A stretch of DNA of 13,768 bases from a virus (Duplodnaviria > Heunggongvirae > Uroviricota > Caudoviricetes > Schitoviridae), in the IMG/VR virus record IMGVR_UViG_3300047463_000135, positions 64,001 through 77,768 of that record; one strand, 5' to 3'. Below, one piece after another: positions 7,122-13,755 of this stretch; the first letter of the stretch is position 1, and each line of letters starts with the position of its first letter. The notes beneath the pieces are model-generated. The model searched no databases, was not told the DNA's origin, and worked only from the letters and a program-made list of their open reading frames with translations. A program made the translations under genes and the position numbers.

Positions 7122-9326
7122 CTATGATACAGACTTTTCTTTTGGTTGCAAACTTGCCTTAGCATGCTCTAACAACATAGCAGTGTTGTGTTGTTTGTTA
7201 GCTAGTTCAAGACTGTTCTGATTATTGAGAACATTCTTAGCCAACTCATTATCCAACTTCTGTTGTTGTAGGTCTTTGGCTTGTTGATGTGTAATGCCTT
7301 CGGCATTGTTGTAGAAGTCCAGATTGTTCTTATCTGTTTGACTCTGCATATGTCCTGCCCGTGCATTCTCAACACCAACTTTAGCATCTTGAACAAATGA
7401 TTTACTTGCTGCTTCTCTAGCTTGAGCTTTAAGTAATTCAGTCTCAGCTTGAATCTTAGCAAGCTCAAGTTGTTTAAGAGCTTCTTGCATTGGATCAGGT
7501 TGTGGTTCCCAAGTCTCTAAGAAGTGAGCTAGATCAGGTAGCTTATGTAGCTTAACAATCTTAGCCATAATCTTCACTGGAATCTCAGGAGGTAAGTTAT
7601 TACCTAGAGTCTGTAGAATGAAAGATAAGTTTTGAGACTTACTTGCATCTTCTTCCGGAGTAGAAATATTGATACGTAAATCATATTCACCCTTAAGATC
7701 ATCACGCTTAATAGAAACAAAGTTCTCATTAGTAATACGTACTACTTCTTCTTCCTCTAAGAACATAGCATTCATCATAAGGAACTTACGTGCTACCTGG
7801 ACCATACCATTACCAAGTCTGCGTACGATACCAATCTCACGTTTGGTTGCTGCATCTGTAGCTGTACGCACTGCTTCTGCTGTTTGACCTAAGTTAACAC
7901 CACTAACACCAGTACCTGCGAATGCACGTACACCAGTAAGGGACTCAGAATCAGTATTCACCATTTGCAACATGAAAGGTGCAGACTGAGGAATCTCAGG
8001 GAATGAAGATGTATGAATAGCATATTGAGGATTATTGTTCGCATTGAACTCATAGTCCTGTCCATTACGGAACTTATGCATATTGACTTGGTCCATAGTA
8101 CCTTTAGCAAAACCAGTCTGACCAGCACTAGTTTTAGCCATCAAGTCAATCATGCCACGAGTAACAGCACCTTTTATTTTCTGATTGTCTTCAAGAAGCT
8201 CAGCATCTGGCTCACCGTAAAGTGACCCCTTAACAGGCATAAAAGGAATGAACACAAAAGGGAACTGCTTATCAGGATAAGGATTTTCATCCATACGGAT
8301 AATTGTGTTGCCAACCCAAGTACATACCATAGGCTTAGCGATACCAGAATTATCATAATCGTAGTATCCCCAATACTCGTAAGCGTACATTTTCTTCCGT
8401 GGTTCATCTTTGAATGTGAAGCTTGAGGCATTGTTCGTTGAGTCATATTGGTTTCCTGTTTCAGTATTGGTCATAGCATTATCAGGGACAATCTTATCTA
8501 AGTTCTTATAGCGACCATCTCTCTTAAGGTCAGATAAGCTTGTCTCAAATCTATGAATAATAAACTGTGCCTTTGAGATATCTCCTTGACACGTTGGGTC
8601 TACGTAGATTGAACTGAAATCTACTACCTCTACTGTAGGATGGTTAGCAATTACTTTCTGTTTAGTTTCCGTACGAGTACCATCTTGGTATACACGGATA
8701 GGCATTCCTGCTTGTTGAGATTGTTCAACTGACATTCGTACTTCATCAGGTTGATCTTCTAAATAGTCTGGTTTTTGCTGTATTAATTGCATGATTTGCT
8801 GTAATTCAGGCCCATATGAAGGGTCTGGAATCATCATATAATTAGGTACTTCCTCAGTGACAGACTCTACTTTATGGTTCCATCCGGTACGTAAAATAGC
8901 AGTACCTTCATTAACACAAGCACGAATCATCTTATCAATGAATGCTACCTTATCAATCTTGGTATCAAACTGATTATTTAGAATAAGCTCATTCTGTTGA
9001 GCAGATTTAACATCTTCCCAGGTCAAAGGATTAACATTAAACAAGTCAGTACTAGATAAGAAGACTTCTGACAAAGAAGCATAACGCCATTCAGCTTGTG
9101 TACGTACAAGCTTTGGAGCTACTTTACTCTTACCTTCTGCTGTTACTGGTTTAGCATTACCAGTCATATGCAACACATCAAGCCAACGAGTAATCTTATT
9201 TACCTGTGCTGAATGTGCTGCTGTTGAATTATTCAAGTCAGCTTTTAAGTCACTAAGTTCTGGTTCTTTAGACCACTTAGTTTGTTTACCCTGAACTTGA
9301 ATAGGTTTGTTTGCTGTGATGTCCAT
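7122..9326 (-). CDS. Portal protein (N4 gp59 family), 734 aa
   Basis: Motifs recalled from the N4-type portal: KW.KEP.L..LK.DL, PKLVR.QAEWRY.SLSE.FL, YEYWG.YD, PYPDK..PF, YGEPDAELLEDNQKI.GAVTRGMIDLM, plus a C-terminal coiled coil. AGGA SD. Confidence 0.95.
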   Translation of the reverse strand: MDITANKPIQVQGKQTKWSKEPELSDLKADLNNSTAAHSAQVNKITRWLDVLHMTGNAKPVTAEGKSKVAPKLVRTQAEWRYASLSEVFLSSTDLFNVNPLTWEDVKSAQQNELILNNQFDTKIDKVAFIDKMIRACVNEGTAILRTGWNHKVESVTEEVPNYMMIPDPSYGPELQQIMQLIQQKPDYLEDQPDEVRMSVEQSQQAGMPIRVYQDGTRTETKQKVIANHPTVEVVDFSSIYVDPTCQGDISKAQFIIHRFETSLSDLKRDGRYKNLDKIVPDNAMTNTETGNQYDSTNNASSFTFKDEPRKKMYAYEYWGYYDYDNSGIAKPMVCTWVGNTIIRMDENPYPDKQFPFVFIPFMPVKGSLYGEPDAELLEDNQKIKGAVTRGMIDLMAKTSAGQTGFAKGTMDQVNMHKFRNGQDYEFNANNNPQYAIHTSSFPEIPQSAPFMLQMVNTDSESLTGVRAFAGTGVSGVNLGQTAEAVRTATDAATKREIGIVRRLGNGMVQVARKFLMMNAMFLEEEEVVRITNENFVSIKRDDLKGEYDLRINISTPEEDASKSQNLSFILQTLGNNLPPEIPVKIMAKIVKLHKLPDLAHFLETWEPQPDPMQEALKQLELAKIQAETELLKAQAREAASKSFVQDAKVGVENARAGHMQSQTDKNNLDFYNNAEGITHQQAKDLQQQKLDNELAKNVLNNQNSLELANKQHNTAMLLEHAKASLQPKEKSVS
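7124..7151 (-). promoter_or_regulatory. Candidate sigma70-like late promoter in the portal 3' end
   Basis: Minus strand TTGCAA (7146-7151), 16-nt spacer, TATCAT (7124-7129). Pattern match only. Confidence 0.3.
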
Positions 9327-9372
9327 AGTAGATTCCTATTTAAGTTGTCGTAAGTCTACATTAAATTAAGTG

Positions 9373-9401
9373 TTGACTTCTATCCTTAAGATTACTAATA
9401 T
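9373..9401 (+). promoter_or_regulatory. Candidate antisense sigma70 promoter in the portal-adaptor intergenic region
   Basis: TTGACT (9373-9378), 17-nt spacer, TAATAT (9396-9401). Confidence 0.3.
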
Positions 9402-9430
9402 CAAGTCATACCTGATTGGTTGTCATTCCG

Positions 9431-9465
9431 AAACAAAAAGCCCTCAATTAAGAGGGCTTATTTGT
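9431..9465 (-). terminator. Intrinsic terminator after the gp67-like gene, potentially bidirectional
   Basis: 8-bp stem AAGCCCTC/GAGGGCTT (9438-9459). The minus strand continues TTTGTTT and the plus strand continues ATTTGT. Confidence 0.8.
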
Positions 9466-9474
9466 ATCTAGGGT

Positions 9475-10227
9475 TTATACCCAACCACCACGATAGAAGT
9501 TAGTAGTCTCACCTTGTGAAGCAATGCTACCTAAGTTCTCTTTCAACTCCTTAATCTCTGCTTGATACAAAGAAGTATAGTTACTGCCTTCATGGTACAT
9601 ACCATTACCAATAGTCTCAGCTCCTGCAGGGTTAAAGAATCTACTAGCTACAAACAAAGTAATAGCTCTCATGAAATGATCTGGAATATCCAAGTAGATT
9701 TGATCTGGATTTAACGTACGATCAAACACTGGAAACTTAGCTTTATAGTGAACTAGTAGATCACCTAGATCATGGCCTTGGTTTAACTTCAATGTGTTGT
9801 ATGACAGGAAGTTAATACCTTGATGTACAAAATAATGAGGTCTAATACCGTATAGATTCTCATTAGGAGCCTTATAAGCTACATCAGTATTAAGCCATAA
9901 ACTCTCACCAACACTGTTAGTTACACGGTGAATTTGCATGATATCACCCTTAAATGGGTTCTCAGGACTATCAATAATAAATGCATAAGGATTACCACTA
10001 GATACTGCATTAGTAGGAATCAATTCATATGTATCTTTGCCTATCTTTGTACGAAGCAATAACTCATTCTCTCGAATAGTAAAATGCTTATTAATATCAT
10101 TCAGTGCAGCTTGCACTTGTGTATTAACCCGGCTTGCCCATACAGGATTAAGTACACCTTCTTCACCTGCTGCATGTAACCGCAGCTCAGAAGAAATTAG
10201 TTGATCATGGATTTCATTTAAATACAT
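9475..10227 (-). CDS. N4 gp67-like head-tail adaptor / 30 kDa virion protein, 250 aa
   Basis: Directly downstream of terL as in N4. MYLNEI.DQL..SEL N-terminus, AL..I.KHF.IRE.E, A..LFVASRF..P and C-terminal F..GGWV resemble the recalled gp67 family. Confidence 0.8.
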   Translation of the reverse strand: MYLNEIHDQLISSELRLHAAGEEGVLNPVWASRVNTQVQAALNDINKHFTIRENELLLRTKIGKDTYELIPTNAVSSGNPYAFIIDSPENPFKGDIMQIHRVTNSVGESLWLNTDVAYKAPNENLYGIRPHYFVHQGINFLSYNTLKLNQGHDLGDLLVHYKAKFPVFDRTLNPDQIYLDIPDHFMRAITLFVASRFFNPAGAETIGNGMYHEGSNYTSLYQAEIKELKENLGSIASQGETTNFYRGGWV

Positions 10228-10229
10228 AG

Positions 10230-11867
10230 TTACACCACATAGGTAGAAATAGGAGTTACCTCTGGTGCACTTGAGACTGCCTCAAACAACCCAGAAGATT
10301 CTTGGTATTGTACTGGGTTCTCCATGTCAGGCAAGAACACAGACATAGCAGCTAACATACTAATGGTATCAATACCATCATCATGCTTTGACTTTAAACC
10401 ATTGGCAGAAGCAAGACGTAACTCATCCATCATTTCAAGCATTGGTTTCTCATTCTTCAATTCCTCAGGGAAGAACATTTCACCTGCTTTAAACCAAGGA
10501 ACAGTAACTAAGAATCTTTGTAGCTTATTAGTGTTAGGACGAATACCAGGTCTGTTAGAGTTACCACTTGAAGCCAAGTTGAAATAGATTCTTCGCTTAA
10601 TCATTTCACTCTTAATCCATGGAATGAATCCTTCTTGCTGACCAGTAACCTCAATACCTACATTCAATGGTTTGTATTGCTGAGCAAGTCTAAATAAGTC
10701 ATCAATATTCTTATCCATACCTTGACGCTTACAGATGCCATCTACCCAGAACTTCTGACCACCAGAACTAATGGCCCATACACTAATGAAAGCAAAGTCA
10801 CCTGATTCATCTTCTGTAGTAGCAAAGTCTGTAGTGATATAAGTATTGTAGAGATGGATATGCTTAAGTACGTCGTGACGTTTATACCAGTTGATATCAC
10901 CATCTAACACAAGTCTATCTTCATCAGACATAATACGAAGCATAAGCTCTTGGTTAAACGTATGGATAGTACCTGACTTCATAGCTTCTAAATACTTACG
11001 CTTCACATAGTCATAAGTAAAGCGATCTTCCCATGAACCTCTGAACTCTTGTCTAGTACATGGAAACTTCTCACATACTGGATAACAGTTAACAGCCCAT
11101 GCTCCAGACTCTAATGCTTTATACAATGGATCAGATGCATTGAAGGGAGTACCAGACCAGATAATCTTACTTCGAGTAGGATGCATTGCATGGTCAATTG
11201 CCTTGTGCACAGTATCCTCAATAGCACTAATCATTGTCTTAGAACGTGCATCCTCATCCGATACCAAGTCATCTAGGATAGCTAACTGTGGACGCTTACC
11301 ATTAGCTTTCGTACCACGAACACCTGTCTTAGCACCGTAACCTTTAACAATAAACTCTTTACCACTAAGGTTCTTGAAGTGCCAATGAATGTCAGTGAAC
11401 TTAGCATGTGGTACAAACTTCTTAAGGAAGTCTGAGTTCTCCCAACGATACTCTAAGTTCTTACGCATGTTCTTCACGCCGTTATCAATAGAGTCCGATA
11501 CATACAATGCAAAGTCTACTGTACCAAATGTAGGTAACTCTCCAAAGGTAGCTAAGTAAAGAATCAAGTATTCACCTAACACTGTAGTCTTAGCTGCACC
11601 ACGATGAACCATGTTTGCAATCTTTCTACTGTTAGGTTGATCAATCTGATCAAGCATCTTCAAATGAAGAGTAGGTGTAACGTTCTCTTCACCTTGACCA
11701 CCATTAACCAACTTAATGAAGTTAACAAACATGGTTGCAAACTTACTTGGTACATAAGAAGGATCAGGCGCATACGATACTGTATTCAGCCACTCCTCTA
11801 CTGTTTTAACATCAAGACCCAAGTCATCTTCAAAGACCTGATCATCTTCTAATAATAGATCAGACAT
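10230..11867 (-). CDS. terL: Terminase large subunit (N4 gp68 family), 545 aa
   Basis: Walker A HRGAAKTT, Walker B LAILDD, RNase H-like nuclease motifs YITTDFA and KHDDGIDTISML. Confidence 0.95.
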   Translation of the reverse strand: MSDLLLEDDQVFEDDLGLDVKTVEEWLNTVSYAPDPSYVPSKFATMFVNFIKLVNGGQGEENVTPTLHLKMLDQIDQPNSRKIANMVHRGAAKTTVLGEYLILYLATFGELPTFGTVDFALYVSDSIDNGVKNMRKNLEYRWENSDFLKKFVPHAKFTDIHWHFKNLSGKEFIVKGYGAKTGVRGTKANGKRPQLAILDDLVSDEDARSKTMISAIEDTVHKAIDHAMHPTRSKIIWSGTPFNASDPLYKALESGAWAVNCYPVCEKFPCTRQEFRGSWEDRFTYDYVKRKYLEAMKSGTIHTFNQELMLRIMSDEDRLVLDGDINWYKRHDVLKHIHLYNTYITTDFATTEDESGDFAFISVWAISSGGQKFWVDGICKRQGMDKNIDDLFRLAQQYKPLNVGIEVTGQQEGFIPWIKSEMIKRRIYFNLASSGNSNRPGIRPNTNKLQRFLVTVPWFKAGEMFFPEELKNEKPMLEMMDELRLASANGLKSKHDDGIDTISMLAAMSVFLPDMENPVQYQESSGLFEAVSSAPEVTPISTYVV

Positions 11868-12543
11868 CTACTACCTCCGCTTCAATAATTCTAGCTGCAG
11901 CCATCTCACCTGCATTCCAGTGTTTATCTTCAATAGATTTAACCTGTACTTCTGCAAGTTTACCAATAGCAGCGTACAACTCTTTAATGGAGTCAGTCTC
12001 TTGTAAACCAACATTAAGATTAACTTGCTTCTCTTCTGGTGGCTTAAGATGAATCATTAATGAGTTAGCAGCATCACTCTGTACCTTCTCACTAGCTGCA
12101 TTATTCATTAACCAATACTGTCTATTGATTGCCTCTTGAAACTTATCTTGATTAAGTACATGAGTAGGAATAACTGCCTGAGCATAAACCAAGTTAACAA
12201 GCTTACTCTTGTTATACATAGCTACATGAGCAGACATGGTTTGTGCTGTCTTACCACTCTGTACCCATTGTTGAAACTTCTGAGGAAAGGTAAGTGAATA
12301 AGCATCCATGTTGTTATAACCCATGAGCTTATAAGACACATACATAACTGCATTCATATAACTAGATAACTTGAACTTACCTTCTGCTAATACCCGGTTA
12401 TAAGAGATCATGTTCTCCCTGAATGTCTCTCTAAAGTCTGGATCAGTAATGATAGAGTTCAATTCATTAACAAGAGTATCTGATACACCTCCTTGTACAG
12501 AAGGAGGAAGAGCATTAATGATTTCTTCTTTAGTGAGACTCAT
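11860..12543 (-). CDS. N4 gp69-like protein, putative terminase small subunit (~227 aa; start probably 12543 rather than 12549)
   Basis: Immediately upstream of terL and overlapping it by 8 nt. LTKEEI..ALP and YM.AV.YVSYKLMG motifs. The GAGGT SD is 8 nt from the ATG at 12543 but only 2 nt from the ATG at 12549. TerS function is inferred from position. Confidence 0.75.
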   Translation of the reverse strand: MSLTKEEIINALPPSVQGGVSDTLVNELNSIITDPDFRETFRENMISYNRVLAEGKFKLSSYMNAVMYVSYKLMGYNNMDAYSLTFPQKFQQWVQSGKTAQTMSAHVAMYNKSKLVNLVYAQAVIPTHVLNQDKFQEAINRQYWLMNNAASEKVQSDAANSLMIHLKPPEEKQVNLNVGLQETDSIKELYAAIGKLAEVQVKSIEDKHWNAGEMAAARIIEAEVVDV

Positions 12544-12724
12544 GATCATCTACCTCTAATGTATGTGTGAACTTAACAGGACCACCATAAACATAAGCAT
12601 ATGGTAACTGTAGATATAACTTACAAGATGCGTGTGCTTCTTTCGCAAGCTCTAAACCAAGGGATAAAGCTTTAGGAACAATACTTATCGTATGACCTTT
12701 CACATGTAATGACTTAATTTCCAT
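12530..12724 (-). CDS. Small hypothetical protein, 64 aa, first gene of the late cluster
   Basis: Co-oriented with and overlapping the start of the gp69-like gene. Only a weak SD (AGAG). Fills otherwise unexplained sequence. Confidence 0.5.
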   Translation of the reverse strand: MEIKSLHVKGHTISIVPKALSLGLELAKEAHASCKLYLQLPYAYVYGGPVKFTHTLEVDDHESH

Positions 12725-12928
12725 AAGGGTTACTCTATAAATAATATATGAGCATAGGATATAGGTAGTGTTAGGTAGAGTAAAGAAGTAAGGGAATTCA
12801 ACTTATGGCAACTTTTTCATATTTTTTATAATTAGGTATAACAGTAGGGCTACCTACTACGTCTCAACTAAAAGGTTTACCACCCCCCCTATACCTCAAG
12901 TTGTAAAAGGATTCTTACTTGTTTGTTT
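12725..12928. other. Divergent late/early junction; probable genome terminus or terminal-repeat region
   Basis: Coding strand switches here. Contains TAGGTA x3, inverted repeat AGGTATA/TATACCT, inner hairpin AGTAGG-GCTA-CCTACT, TAAAAGG x2 and a C7 run. N4-like genomes end beyond the terminase genes and begin with plus-strand early genes. Confidence 0.5.
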
Positions 12929-12948
12929 TAAGCTACGCTTATAGATGG
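12929..12948 (+). promoter_or_regulatory. N4 virion-RNA-polymerase-type hairpin promoter
   Basis: TAAGC-TAC-GCTTA (5-bp stem, 3-nt loop). The template strand loop reads C-GTA-G, fitting the N4 C-GDA-G consensus, and the core differs from recalled N4 P2 (AAGC-TCC-GCTT) only at the central loop base. It lies 35 nt upstream of the first plus-strand ORF. Confidence 0.65.
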
Positions 12949-12976
12949 AATGATCAACTAACTTAAGGAAACTATC

Positions 12977-13252
12977 ATGTCTATCCAACAACAATCTTTC
13001 ATTGGTTCATTAGCTACTCTTGGTAAGGTTGCAGCTAATACAATGACTAATGGTCTATTAACTGTAGACAACTTAGCATCAGCTACTGAACGTCTAACAT
13101 ACATAGCTAAATCTAAAGCTACTAACATAGCAGAGATCAGTGATGTACAAGACTCAATGAAGATGCTCACTGTTCGTAAAGAACTAGCAGATCAAATGAA
13201 AGCAATGAATGCATCATATGTGAATGGTGTTCTTCAATTCAATGAAGACTAA
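12977..13252 (+). CDS. First early gene, 91 aa, possibly N4 gp1-like
   Basis: AAGGA SD, first ORF after the hairpin promoter, Ala/Thr-rich amphipathic N-terminus (SFIGSLATLGKVAANTMT). The gp1 resemblance rests on recall and position only. Confidence 0.75.
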   Translation: MSIQQQSFIGSLATLGKVAANTMTNGLLTVDNLASATERLTYIAKSKATNIAEISDVQDSMKMLTVRKELADQMKAMNASYVNGVLQFNED

Positions 13253-13257
13253 ACAAT

Positions 13258-13280
13258 AGGAGCATTAGCTTGCTCCTTTA
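13258..13280 (+). terminator. Terminator-like hairpin, one state of a putative RNA switch
   Basis: AGGAGCA-TTAGCT-TGCTCCT (7-bp stem) followed by a short TTAAT tract. Confidence 0.5.
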
Positions 13281-13296
13281 ATATCAGGAGTAAGTT

Positions 13297-13365
13297 ATGT
13301 TTGAACTACAAGTCTTTGGAATACTAGTCTTGTTAATTGTATTAATCATCATGGATATGCGATAA
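13297..13365 (+). CDS. 22-aa single-pass membrane micropeptide MFELQVFGILVLLIVLIIMDMR
   Basis: Manual translation. AGGAG SD (13286-13290) 6 nt before the ATG. Its TAA stop overlaps the TAAGGA SD of the next ORF. Contains a 14-residue apolar core. Confidence 0.65.
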   Translation: MFELQVFGILVLLIVLIIMDMR

Positions 13366-13374
13366 GGAATACTT

Positions 13375-13533
13375 ATGTTTACTAATGAACAACTACATGA
13401 CATCTTGCATTTACAACTTAAGCTTAATGGCAGAGTCCATAAAGATAACTTTAGTATTGCAATGGCTATGTCTAAAGCTACTCATGCTATATGGGTAGAA
13501 AAGAAATTAATAGCTGATAAATTAGATCTTTAA
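13375..13533 (+). CDS. 52-aa hypothetical early protein MFTNEQLHDILHLQLKLNGRVHKDNFSIAMAMSKATHAIWVEKKLIADKLDL
   Basis: Manual translation. TAAGGA SD 6 nt upstream. Ends 13 nt before a strong terminator. Confidence 0.7.
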   Translation: MFTNEQLHDILHLQLKLNGRVHKDNFSIAMAMSKATHAIWVEKKLIADKLDL

Positions 13534-13546
13534 TAGCTATGTATGC

Positions 13547-13582
13547 ATGCCTTACCTTTGGGTAGGGCATACTTATTTTTTT
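13547..13582 (+). terminator. Strong intrinsic terminator closing the first early cassette
   Basis: ATGCCTTACC-TTTG-GGTAGGGCAT (10-bp stem, one G-U pair) followed by ACTTATTTTTTT. Confidence 0.85.
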
Positions 13583-13612
13583 ATACACATATTACACATT
13601 ACACATTACACA
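13583..13612. repeat. 7-bp tandem repeat TTACACA x3 plus one degenerate copy
   Basis: TTACACA at 13592, 13599 and 13606; ATACACA at 13583. Confidence 0.85.
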
Positions 13613-13740
13613 AGTAGACAGTAAGGTGCGCTAAACTATTTAAAAACTATCTGAGAAAACAGTATATTTTGTATAGCTCTACTTCAACCTATCTAATTAT
13701 TAATATATTTATTTAGCTATATAACTAATTCCATAATTCG

Positions 13741-13755
13741 CTGTACTCCGTACAG
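13741..13755 (+). promoter_or_regulatory. Second candidate virion-RNAP hairpin promoter / cruciform
   Basis: CTGTAC-TCC-GTACAG (6-bp stem). The template loop C-GGA-G equals the recalled N4 P2 loop, in the same orientation as the 12929 hairpin and preceded by an AT-rich tract. The stem and +1 region deviate from N4. Confidence 0.45.

Noticed and set aside
7202-8446. Four short ORFs inside the portal gene (88, 72, 70 and 90 aa)
   Set aside because: Nested or antisense frames without independent support.
10324-11852. Three plus-strand ORFs antisense to terL; also checked terL for an intron, intein or HNH insertion
   Set aside because: Shadow ORFs. TerL is continuous, of normal length, and has no intein or homing-endonuclease motifs.
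12799-12809. CAACTTATGG, resembling the recalled 3' half of N4 promoter P1
   Set aside because: There is no upstream complementary arm, so no hairpin can form, and the comparison rests on memory.
12805-12832. Possible plus-strand sigma70 promoter ATGGCA-16-TATAAT
   Set aside because: Weak -35 and suboptimal spacing in AT-rich DNA; the hairpin promoter explains early transcription better.
12958-13170. 70-aa minus-strand ORF
   Set aside because: Antisense to the SD-supported 91-aa early gene.
13583-13612. Considered as a CRISPR array or mini-array; also scanned the intergenic regions for tRNAs
   Set aside because: The units are 7 bp with no spacers. No cloverleaf or T-loop (GTTCRA) context was seen in any intergenic region.
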